A stretch of 46,230 bases of DNA, from sequence record SRR31156797_6322; one strand, 5' to 3'. The first letter of the stretch is position 1. Every line of letters begins with the position of its first letter. Positions 9,071-17,038 of this stretch are shown here, in pieces. The notes under the pieces were generated by a model, which saw nothing but the letters and a program-made list of their open reading frames with translations, was not told where the DNA came from and searched no databases. A program made the translations under genes and the position numbers.

Positions 9071-10591
9071 ATGGATAGAAAAGTGATGTTAATGATCCTC
9101 GACGGATGGGGAATAGGAAAAAAAGATAAATCAGACGTAATCTATAACGCCAACACACCTAACATGGACAAATTAATGCAGGATTTTCCAAATGCTCAAC
9201 TACAAGCATCAGGAAGAAATGTTGGTTTGCCAGATGGTCAGATGGGTAACTCAGAAGTTGGACACTTAAATATTGGTGCAGGGCGAGTGGTTTACCAGGA
9301 TTTAGTAAAAATTAATAAAGCTGTTGAAGACAATTCCATTTCTGAAAACGAAGAAATTGTAAAAGCGTGGAACTACGCAAAAGAAAATAATAAAGCAGTT
9401 CATCTTATAGGTTTAGTGTCAGATGGTGGTGTGCACTCTTCAAATAAACACCTGTACAAACTTTGCCATATGGCCCATGAAGCCGGACTGGAGAAAGTCT
9501 ACATTCATGCCCAAACAGATGGTAGAGATACCGACCCTAAAAGTGGATTAGGGTTTATCAAAGAATTGCAAGAGGCAATTAAAGAAACTAACGTGAAAAT
9601 TGCATCAGTGGTTGGACGCTATTATGGTATGGATCGAGATAAACGCTGGGAACGTATCAAATTAGCATATGACCTTTATGTGCATGGAAAAGGTGAAGCA
9701 TTCAAAAACGCTGCTGAGTCAGTAAAAGCATCATATGAAGCTGACGTGACTGATGAATTCATTAAACCTGTTGTAATTGAAAATGAAAATGGCCAACCTA
9801 CAGGAACCATTAAAGAAGGTGATGTCGTTTTTTGTTTCAACTTCAGAACTGATCGTTTACGTGAAATAACCATGGTGTTGTCACAACAAGATATGCCTGA
9901 GCATGAGATGAAAACCATGCCGTTATATTACCTTACAATGACACGTTACGACGATAGCTTCAAAAATGTGCATATCCCATTCGACAAAGAGAATCTTACT
10001 TATACAATGGGTGAAATTTTAGCTGCTAAAGGAAAAAAACAAATTCGAATTGCTGAAACTGAAAAATACGCCCACGTAACATTCTTTTTTAGTGGCGGTA
10101 GAGAAAATGAATTTGAAAATGAAAAACGCATTTTAATACCTTCTCCTAAAGTTGCTACTTACGATCTTCAGCCTGAGATGAGTGCTTACGAAGTAAAAGA
10201 TGCTATTGTAGCAGAATTACATAAAGCAGAAACCGATTTCATTTGCCTTAATTTTGCCAATGGCGATATGGTAGGACATACCGGAATCTACGAAGCCATC
10301 ACTAAAGCTGTTGAAGCGGTTGACGATTGTGTTGGACAAGTTGTTGAAGCTGCTCGCGCTAATGATTATGAGTTAATTATAATTGCAGATCATGGTAATG
10401 CGGATAACGCAGTAAACGCCGATGATTCGCCCAATACAGCGCACTCTTTAAATGCAGTTCCAATTATTGCAGTAACTGATAGATATACAAAAGTAAATAA
10501 CGGAATCCTAGCTGATGTAGCTCCAACTATCTTAAAAATGATGGGCATTGAAGCTCCTGAAGCTATGACAGGAAAAGCACTTGTTGAATGA
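9071..10591 (+). CDS. gpmI: 2,3-bisphosphoglycerate-independent phosphoglycerate mutase
   Basis: [72 protein letters not shown]. Confidence 0.97.
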   Translation: MDRKVMLMILDGWGIGKKDKSDVIYNANTPNMDKLMQDFPNAQLQASGRNVGLPDGQMGNSEVGHLNIGAGRVVYQDLVKINKAVEDNSISENEEIVKAWNYAKENNKAVHLIGLVSDGGVHSSNKHLYKLCHMAHEAGLEKVYIHAQTDGRDTDPKSGLGFIKELQEAIKETNVKIASVVGRYYGMDRDKRWERIKLAYDLYVHGKGEAFKNAAESVKASYEADVTDEFIKPVVIENENGQPTGTIKEGDVVFCFNFRTDRLREITMVLSQQDMPEHEMKTMPLYYLTMTRYDDSFKNVHIPFDKENLTYTMGEILAAKGKKQIRIAETEKYAHVTFFFSGGRENEFENEKRILIPSPKVATYDLQPEMSAYEVKDAIVAELHKAETDFICLNFANGDMVGHTGIYEAITKAVEAVDDCVGQVVEAARANDYELIIIADHGNADNAVNADDSPNTAHSLNAVPIIAVTDRYTKVNNGILADVAPTILKMMGIEAPEAMTGKALVE

Positions 10592-10608
10592 CCGCCAGAC
10601 CAATTACC

Positions 10609-11193
10609 ATGATTGAAATACAAAAAACGCTGGTAAGTCTGGATCTCATTGAAAAAGTATTCCATTGCGATTTACCAAAATGTAACGGTGCATGCTGTGT
10701 GGTTGGTCGATCAGGTGCTCCCCTCGAGGAAAATGAAAAAGAACCTATCGAACAGGCCTATCCTGTTGCCAGGCAGTATATGACAGAAGAAGGTATTCGT
10801 ACTATCGAAGAGCAAGGCTGGTATGTCGTTGACGATGAAGGGGATACTGTAACACCTCTAGTAAACAATGGTGCTTGTGCTTATGTTTATTATCAAAAAG
10901 GAATTGCCTTTTGTGCCATTGAAAAAGCCTGGTCTGAGGGACTGGTAGATTTCAGAAAACCCGTTTCATGTCATCTATATCCAGTTCGTATTACCAAATA
11001 TGAATCATATGATGCTGTGAATTACGAAAAAAATCGAATCTGTAAAGCAGCCATCAAAAAAGGGAAAAAAGATGGTGTCCCGATATATAAATTCCTGAAA
11101 GATTCACTTATCAGAAAATATGGAAGTAAATGGTACAGTGAATTGGAGTTAAATGCAGAAATGTGGCGGCAACAATCAGAAGAAAATAAATAA
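10609..11193 (+). CDS. DUF3109 family Cys-rich protein
   Basis: FHCDLPKCNGACCVVG..GAPL, CAYV, CAIEKA, KPVSCHLYPVR. Start is either 10609 (MIEIQKTLVS) or 10588 (ATGA overlap with gpmI). Confidence 0.8.
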   Translation: MIEIQKTLVSLDLIEKVFHCDLPKCNGACCVVGRSGAPLEENEKEPIEQAYPVARQYMTEEGIRTIEEQGWYVVDDEGDTVTPLVNNGACAYVYYQKGIAFCAIEKAWSEGLVDFRKPVSCHLYPVRITKYESYDAVNYEKNRICKAAIKKGKKDGVPIYKFLKDSLIRKYGSKWYSELELNAEMWRQQSEENK

Positions 11194-11228
11194 TAAAGCG
11201 CTTAATTAGTCGTTTTCATAGACTAACA

Positions 11229-11852
11229 ATGAAACAAATGCTATTGAAAAGATTTATACTACTATTTTTCGCAATCGTTACCACCCAATTTATATGGGCT
11301 CAGGAAATGGTTAACCCTAAAGAAGATTTCTTGTATGATGGGAAATACTTCAATGCCTATCCGCCATATATTACCGTAGGTCTTGGATATGGAGGAAATC
11401 TTAAAACCTCTGATGGAGAACAAAACATTGCCATAGATTTTCATATGACCATCAAGAAAACTGATTTTGCATGGAATGTTGGTTATTTCTCATCTACACC
11501 TCGATTTTTAGAGGGTAACGGGGGGCTCAATCAGCATTTTAGCAAGCAAAAGGTCCATGATTTTCATGCAGGTGCAGGATACCGTTTTGAGAGATTAAAA
11601 AATAATTTCGGAGTTTATGGTGGTTTCTCATTTGTGGCCGGCCGTACACCAACCGATACACTAATAGATGCTGATGCTTTTATTTTACGTCGAACTCCCG
11701 GTTTATATTTCCAAGCTAATTTTTCACGCAAACCACATTATGACGTAGGTTACGGATTAACCTTATATGCGGTTTACAGCCGCTACTTTAAAATTATTGG
11801 GCTTCAAGCACATATTTTCTTATCTTCAGCCTTCAAAGCATATAACCGTTAA
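11229..11852 (+). CDS. Hypothetical exported protein, possibly a small outer-membrane beta-barrel
   Basis: Signal peptide (..TTQFIWAQ); alternating Gly/aromatic beta-strand pattern (GAGYRF, GVYGGFSF, GYGLTLY). Confidence 0.55.
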   Translation: MKQMLLKRFILLFFAIVTTQFIWAQEMVNPKEDFLYDGKYFNAYPPYITVGLGYGGNLKTSDGEQNIAIDFHMTIKKTDFAWNVGYFSSTPRFLEGNGGLNQHFSKQKVHDFHAGAGYRFERLKNNFGVYGGFSFVAGRTPTDTLIDADAFILRRTPGLYFQANFSRKPHYDVGYGLTLYAVYSRYFKIIGLQAHIFLSSAFKAYNR

Positions 11853-11864
11853 ATTAATATACTT

Positions 11865-13235
11865 ATGGAAAACTTAAAACAGTATGTGGAAGAGCACAAA
11901 CAGCGTTTTTTAGACGAACTATTTGAACTCATTCGCATTCCCAGTATTAGCTCATTATCAGAGCATAAAGATGACATGTACAAAGTTGCAGAACTTTGGA
12001 AAAAATATTTAGAAGAAGCTGGTGTTGACAAGGCACAGATTTATGATACAGCCGGTCACCCAATTCTTTATGCTGAAAAAATAATTGACCCTGCTAAACC
12101 AACCGTATTAGTTTATGGCCACATGGACGTAATGCCGGTTGATCCAATTGAACTTTGGGACTCAAAACCTTTTGAGCCGGAAATTCGCGATGGCAAAATT
12201 TATGCCCGTGGTGCAGACGATGATAAAGGTCAAGCTTTCATGCACACCAAAGCATTTGAGTTTATGGTAAAAACCAACCAGCTTCCTGTGAACGTGAAGT
12301 TTATGATTGAAGGTGAAGAAGAAATTGGTTCACCTAACCTTACTACATGGTGCGCTGAGTATAAAGATATGTTGAAAGCAGACGTTATTCTTGTGAGCGA
12401 TACAGGAATGATTGCACCAGACATACCATCTATTACAACAGGATTGCGTGGATTAACATACTTACAGGTTGAAGTTACCGGACCAAACCGCGACCTTCAT
12501 TCAGGACTATTTGGTGGTGCAGTTGCTAACCCTATTAATGAATTAGCAAAAATCATTGCTAAACTAACAGATGAGAATAACAAAATTACAATTCCTGGTT
12601 TCTACGATGACGTTTTAGAGTCAACAGACGATGAACGTAAAAAATTGAACGAAGCTCCTTTTAGTACTGAAGAGTACAAAAAAGCTATCGACGTTGAAGA
12701 GCTTTCAGGTGAAGCAGGATATACAACTATTGAGCGTACAGGTATTCGTCCATCATTCGACGTATGCGGTATATGGGGTGGTTATACCGGAGAAGGAGCT
12801 AAAACAGTTCTTCCTTCAAAAGCATATGCTAAACTATCAAGTCGTTTAGTACCAGATCAAGACAATGAAGCAATTGCTGAATTGATGAAAAAGCACATTG
12901 AAAAAATGGCTCCTAAATCAGTAAAAGTTGAGGTAACTCCATTACACGGAGGTCAGGCATACGTTTGCCCAATTGACATTCCTGAGTACAAAGCTGCTGA
13001 AAAAGCATTTGAAGAAGCATTTGGAAGAATGCCTGTTCCTGTACGTAGTGGTGGTAGTATTCCAATCATCTCTACTTTCGAAGAAGTATTGGGAATTAAA
13101 TCTGTATTGATGGGATTTGGTTTAGAAAGTGATGCTATTCACTCACCAAACGAAAACTACCCATTGTACAACTTCTACAAAGGAATTGAAACTATTCCAT
13201 TGTTCTACAAATATTACGCTGAGATTACAAAATAA
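11865..13235 (+). CDS. M20 family dipeptidase (CNDP2/Dug1-like)
   Basis: YGHMDVMP, ARGADDDKGQ, EGEEEIGS, DLHSG, GGSIP, HSPNE. Confidence 0.92.
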   Translation: MENLKQYVEEHKQRFLDELFELIRIPSISSLSEHKDDMYKVAELWKKYLEEAGVDKAQIYDTAGHPILYAEKIIDPAKPTVLVYGHMDVMPVDPIELWDSKPFEPEIRDGKIYARGADDDKGQAFMHTKAFEFMVKTNQLPVNVKFMIEGEEEIGSPNLTTWCAEYKDMLKADVILVSDTGMIAPDIPSITTGLRGLTYLQVEVTGPNRDLHSGLFGGAVANPINELAKIIAKLTDENNKITIPGFYDDVLESTDDERKKLNEAPFSTEEYKKAIDVEELSGEAGYTTIERTGIRPSFDVCGIWGGYTGEGAKTVLPSKAYAKLSSRLVPDQDNEAIAELMKKHIEKMAPKSVKVEVTPLHGGQAYVCPIDIPEYKAAEKAFEEAFGRMPVPVRSGGSIPIISTFEEVLGIKSVLMGFGLESDAIHSPNENYPLYNFYKGIETIPLFYKYYAEITK

Positions 13236-13252
13236 TCAAAGTTCAAAATAGC

Positions 13253-13289
13253 AAAACACCCTGTTAGATTTTGGCAGGGTGTTTTTTTT
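13253..13289 (+). terminator. Intrinsic terminator after dipeptidase
   Basis: AAAACACCCTG...CAGGGTGTTTT stem running into a T-tract. Confidence 0.8.
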
Positions 13290-13305
13290 ATTTTCAATAT
13301 CTACT

Positions 13306-13328
13306 AGCGCGAGCGTTACGCTCGTGCT
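13306..13328. repeat. GC-rich REP-like palindrome
   Basis: AGCGCGAGCG-TTA-CGCTCGTGCT, a 10-bp stem with one G-T pair, in AT-rich intergenic DNA next to the hicB stop. Confidence 0.5.
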
Positions 13329-13340
13329 TTAAAATTACAA

Positions 13341-13700
13341 TTAATAACTTTCAACCTCCCCTTTGCTCTCCCTGGCAACTCTATCTCTGATAGATTCAGC
13401 TACAAAGCTATTTAATGATGTTCTGGATTTCATAGCCAGAATTGCAGCTCTACGGTGTAATTCTGTGGATATTCTTACGTTAAAACTACCCTTAAAAGGT
13501 TTTTCCGGCTCCATACCTTGTACTTTACAGTCAGCTAAATATTCATCAATTGCATTGCGAAAGTCAATCTCTAAATCCTTACCAGATTGGCCTTCATAGG
13601 ATATTAATCCCTTAATGCCAAGCACCTTACCATACAGTAAATTATCCTCTTTACTGTACTCAATAGTTCCGGTGTAACCTTTATATTCTAAATGATTCAT
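13341..13700 (-). CDS. hicB: Type II TA antitoxin HicB (C-terminal RHH)
   Basis: LEYKGYTGTIEYS..LYGKVLGI..ISYEG..F..AIDEYL; KPFKGSFNVRISTELHRRA ribbon-helix-helix; ATGA overlap with hicA. Confidence 0.9.
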   Translation of the reverse strand: MNHLEYKGYTGTIEYSKEDNLLYGKVLGIKGLISYEGQSGKDLEIDFRNAIDEYLADCKVQGMEPEKPFKGSFNVRISTELHRRAAILAMKSRTSLNSFVAESIRDRVARESKGEVESY

Positions 13701-13939
13701 AATTCTAATAAGTCTTTAATCTGTTTTAACTGATAACGTTTTAATATCCCTGTTGGATGAGGCTTATGCATCATTATTGGAATATTTTGATCATTCATAA
13801 ATTTAACTCGTGACCCTGATGTATTACCTTTCTTCACTTCCTTAAATCCAAAATAACCCAATAGTTTTATCATCTCATCATAATGAAAATCAACCGGCAT
13901 ACTCTTAAACCGTAATATAAGCTTTTCCTTTTTTGACAT
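13697..13939 (-). CDS. hicA: Type II TA toxin HicA
   Basis: 80 aa basic protein, MSKKEKLI.RF..DF.YDE..KLL..FGF..GSRVKF..HKPHP, directly upstream of hicB. Confidence 0.88.
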   Translation of the reverse strand: MSKKEKLILRFKSMPVDFHYDEMIKLLGYFGFKEVKKGNTSGSRVKFMNDQNIPIMMHKPHPTGILKRYQLKQIKDLLEL

Positions 13940-13947
13940 ATACGACC

Positions 13948-13973
13948 TGCAACTGTATTTAGTTGCAAATATA
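13948..13973 (-). promoter_or_regulatory. hicAB promoter -7 box with overlapping inverted-repeat operator
   Basis: TATATTTG (13973-13966, minus strand) overlaps TGCAACT-N6-AGTTGCA (13948-13967), which ends 8 nt before the hicA ATG. Confidence 0.65.
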
Positions 13974-14053
13974 GTTATAATATTTTAAATAAATTCTTTG
14001 TTTCTTAATACTACTATAGTTATCCCGTCACCTTACGCTTTTCGACTAAAACA

Positions 14054-15025
14054 CTATTCTTCAACAACAAATTTTCCTCTTGCATTTTTACCAGAGTTAT
14101 TTGTTAATACAAACATATATAACCCTTCACGCAGATTAAGCTTGCCCAAAGGAACTTTGTTAGTGCAATATTTATTATGTACAATTAACTTACCACTTGG
14201 CTCATATATTTGAAGGCTAACTTCTCCATTAAAATCATTTTTTAGGTCAATTATGGTCTGTTGATTTACTGGATTGGGATATAACTCAATATCTAAATTT
14301 CCCTCAATATCCCCAATTCCAAGATCTTCACACCAATATGCAGCTTCAGTTTCATATTTAGTTATACCAAGTCCGGGAGTAGGGGACTTAGAAAGATTAA
14401 TCAGCCGAATATGTTGGTGAATAGCATTTATGGCCCCAACACCTGCAAATGTGTATTCCGCTTCAAGATCAATTCTTAAATCTCTAATAGTATCGTTAGT
14501 AGAAAAAACTTTTTCCCCATTTACCAGGGTATTACAATATTGACCCCATGAGTTTAAATGTGGAATATGATAGTAGTCCCAATCAATAATTGCTTCAGTA
14601 TCTTGATAGAATGCAATTCTTTCAGCACTATCCGCATAATTATACCAATTAACACTATCTATTGAAAGAAAATATTGAACCCCAATGCTATCCTCATGTC
14701 CAATTAAGATGTAGTTAAAGTCTATTGCTGGACTGTGAATGCAATTATGATAAGAAAAACCAGCATAATCGCGACTTAAACTAAAATGAAAATCGTGTAC
14801 TCCCGGTTCTCTTAACGAATCTGTCAATGTTTGTGTAATTATTGGGAACCCATTGAAATCAGGGAGTTCAGAATATCCATCTTCCCAAGAACCTTCAAAT
14901 AAATAACGAACACCATCTGAAAAGGTTAAAGTGTCAGGATTTGGAAAGAATGCACCCCCTCCGTATTGACTAAATGACAATATTGAGGAATTAATTAAAA
15001 TGATAAATAAGACTAGTTTTTTCAT
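14054..15025 (-). CDS. T9SS-secreted protein of unknown function
   Basis: Signal peptide (MKKLVLFII..SFSQ); CTD (LYPNP..GLYMFVL..GKFVVEE); N-terminal ~230 aa not recognised. Confidence 0.75.
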   Translation of the reverse strand: MKKLVLFIILINSSILSFSQYGGGAFFPNPDTLTFSDGVRYLFEGSWEDGYSELPDFNGFPIITQTLTDSLREPGVHDFHFSLSRDYAGFSYHNCIHSPAIDFNYILIGHEDSIGVQYFLSIDSVNWYNYADSAERIAFYQDTEAIIDWDYYHIPHLNSWGQYCNTLVNGEKVFSTNDTIRDLRIDLEAEYTFAGVGAINAIHQHIRLINLSKSPTPGLGITKYETEAAYWCEDLGIGDIEGNLDIELYPNPVNQQTIIDLKNDFNGEVSLQIYEPSGKLIVHNKYCTNKVPLGKLNLREGLYMFVLTNNSGKNARGKFVVEE

Positions 15026-15124
15026 TTGAATAGTTTTTTGAAATAAAAGTAAAGAATATGATTTACATTGTTATTGGGTTATACAGAATATTTTAGAATA
15101 TTCAAGTCAAAAGTTCAGGTTTAC

Positions 15125-15132
15125 TATCTTTG
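15125..15132 (+). promoter_or_regulatory. Bacteroidota -7 element
   Basis: TATCTTTG ending 16 nt upstream of the ATG at 15149. Confidence 0.6.
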
Positions 15133-15148
15133 TACAAAATTTCAATAA

Positions 15149-16219
15149 ATGACCACAGATACCAGAACACCCATCATTATTGCAGGGCCTTGCAGCGCAG
15201 AAAGTTATGAGCAGGTAATGGCCACGGCCAAAGCATTAAGTGAATGTGAGAAAATTACAGCCTTCAGAAGTGGTGTCTGGAAACCCCGCTCCCGTCCGGG
15301 AACATTTGAAGGAGCAGGTGATGAAGCTCTTCAGTGGTTAAAAGAAGTTAAAGCAAAATATCATTTCCCTATTGCCATTGAAGTGGCCACACCTGAGCAT
15401 GTTGAAATCGCAATAAAGGAAGAAATTGATTATTTGTGGATTGGAGCACGCACTACATCAAATCCATTTAGTGTCCAGGAGCTAGCCTCAGCTCTTAAGG
15501 GTACTAACTGTAAGGTAATGGTCAAAAACCCTGTTAATCCAGATTTAGAATTATGGATTGGTGCCATTGAAAGGGTAATTAAAGCCGGATGCACTGATGT
15601 AACAGCTGTACATAGGGGATTTTATCCATATGAGCAAACTCCATACAGAAATATTCCAAAATGGGAAATACCTATCGAGTTAAAAACGCGCTTTCCTGAA
15701 ACACCCATTATTTGCGATCCGAGCCATATTGCAGGCGAAAGATCTCTGGTTGCTGAAGTGTCACAATATGCCTTAAACCTCAACTTTGACGGGTTGATGA
15801 TTGAATCACACATAAATCCGGATGAAGCCCTCAGCGATGCCAGACAGCAACTAACACCAAAAGATCTAATTACTTTACTGCGCAGTTTACAATTCAGAAC
15901 AGATCAAGAAGATACGACTATCTCCCAGCTAGAAACCCTTCGACATCAAATAGATTCAATTGATTCCCAAATTCTGGAATTGTTATCTCAGCGAATGAAA
16001 ACCACTATGAAAATAGGTAAATACAAAAGCAAACACAACATTGCTGCCTTTCAATTGCAACGGTGGAAAAATATTATTCGCTCCAGAATAGAAACAGGCT
16101 CAACGCTTGGTTTAGATGCTGATTTCGTTAAAAAAATGCTACAGAGTGTGCATAAAGAGTCTATAAGAGTACAGAATGAGGTAATGAAAAAAAGTAATGT
16201 TTCACGCAAAGAGCGCTAA
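15149..16219 (+). CDS. Bifunctional DAHP synthase (type I-beta) / C-terminal AroQ chorismate mutase
   Basis: IAGPCSAES, WKPRSRP, WIGAR, HRGF, CDPSH, GLMIESH, ALSDARQQ; C-terminal LETLRHQIDSIDSQILELLSQRM..IGKYK..Q.QRW..ESIRVQ. Confidence 0.92.
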   Translation: MTTDTRTPIIIAGPCSAESYEQVMATAKALSECEKITAFRSGVWKPRSRPGTFEGAGDEALQWLKEVKAKYHFPIAIEVATPEHVEIAIKEEIDYLWIGARTTSNPFSVQELASALKGTNCKVMVKNPVNPDLELWIGAIERVIKAGCTDVTAVHRGFYPYEQTPYRNIPKWEIPIELKTRFPETPIICDPSHIAGERSLVAEVSQYALNLNFDGLMIESHINPDEALSDARQQLTPKDLITLLRSLQFRTDQEDTTISQLETLRHQIDSIDSQILELLSQRMKTTMKIGKYKSKHNIAAFQLQRWKNIIRSRIETGSTLGLDADFVKKMLQSVHKESIRVQNEVMKKSNVSRKER

Positions 16220-16312
16220 GGATTCGCAAAGCACACAGATATAAATCTAGTACTTTATAAAGCTATATACTTCTTTGCGTTCTCTGCGCTTCTTATTCAC
16301 CTTTGCGTGAAA
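16200..16312. repeat. 113-bp inverted-repeat (REPIN-like) unit of two ~39-bp arms built from CGCAAAG/CGCAGAG subunits
   Basis: TTTCACGCAAAG (16200-16211) and CTTTGCGTGAAA (16301-16312) are perfect 12-bp inverted repeats. Each arm continues as 9-11-nt subunits around an AT-rich spacer. Confidence 0.8.
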
Positions 16313-16315
16313 AAT

Positions 16316-16693
16316 TTAAAGTCTATTTACTATTCTGTGAATCCCTTCTTTCAATAATCTAGTATTAAAATTAATCAAAAGACCCAATCGTTTTTCTGAA
16401 AGTTTTAAATAAGTCAATGTTTGAGAAAAATGAACAGGTGCTAGAGTTTCAACAGATTTGATTTCTATTATTACCTTATTTTCTACCATTAAATCTACCC
16501 TATATCCAACATCTTGCTTTATTTCTTTGTAAATAAACGGCATTGAGAGCTGCCGTTGAACTAATAATCCTTGCTCTTCTAATTCAAAAGCTAAAGCCGC
16601 TTCGTATGCAGATTCTAACAAACCGGGACCTACAGATTTATGAATATCCATAGCAGCCCCTATAATTAAATAGGATAATTCGTTTTCCGTCAT
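16316..16693 (-). CDS. GxxExxY protein (PD-(D/E)XK nuclease superfamily)
   Basis: GPGLLESAYE (GxxExxY), RVDLMVENKVIIEIKS (D..ExK), QTLTY (QxxxY), GLLINF. Start set at MTENELSY (16693). Confidence 0.92.
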   Translation of the reverse strand: MTENELSYLIIGAAMDIHKSVGPGLLESAYEAALAFELEEQGLLVQRQLSMPFIYKEIKQDVGYRVDLMVENKVIIEIKSVETLAPVHFSQTLTYLKLSEKRLGLLINFNTRLLKEGIHRIVNRL

Positions 16694-16740
16694 TGTTTTT
16701 AAAGTAAAAAGCGCACATCTCTGCACGCTCATTTTATTTT

Positions 16741-16779
16741 CTCTGCGCCTTCTGCGCTTCTTTGTGTTCTTTGCGTGAA
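16741..16779. repeat. Third copy of the 39-bp repeat (direct repeat of 16273-16311)
   Basis: CTCTGCGCCTTCTGCGCTTCTTTGTGTTCTTTGCGTGAA vs CTTTGCGTTCTCTGCGCTTCTTATTCACCTTTGCGTGAA: 30/39 identical without gaps (hand count). Confidence 0.8.
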
Positions 16780-16786
16780 CTAAAAC

Positions 16787-17038
16787 CTACATTGGCTTCA
16801 ATTCAAATTCGTAGCTTTCCATTACGGGGTTTGATAATATTTTTTGACAAGCTTCATCCACTTTTGTGTTGGCATGAGCCTCATCATCTGCTTCAATTTC
16901 CAATGTAATATGCTTACCAATACGCACATTTTGTACAGATTTGTAACCAATATTGTGCATGCTATTAGTAACTGCTTTTCCTTGTGGATCCAAAAGTGCC
17001 TTAAGTGGCATTACGTTAATTTCAGCTATGAACTTCAT
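16787..17038 (-). CDS. purS: Phosphoribosylformylglycinamidine synthase subunit PurS
   Basis: LLDPQGKAV, VRIGKHI, C.KILSNPVMESY; 83 aa. Confidence 0.95.
   Translation of the reverse strand: MKFIAEINVMPLKALLDPQGKAVTNSMHNIGYKSVQNVRIGKHITLEIEADDEAHANTKVDEACQKILSNPVMESYEFELKPM

Larger units (their letters stand above)
16200..16779. mobile_element. Putative repeat-bounded GxxExxY nuclease cassette
   Basis: Terminal inverted TTCACGCAAAG / CTTTGCGTGAA (16201-16211, 16769-16779) enclose one nuclease gene between convergent housekeeping genes. No target-site duplication is visible; mobility is inferred. Confidence 0.5.

Noticed and set aside
15149-16219. DAHP synthase-chorismate mutase and LpxC-FabZ fusions as novelties
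   Set aside because: Both are well-known Bacteroidota architectures.
16200-16779. CRISPR array or integron attC reading of the 39-bp repeats
   Set aside because: Only three copies, in mixed orientation and internally degenerate, with no regular unique spacers, no cas or integrase gene, and no clear RYYYAAC/GTTRRRY core pair.
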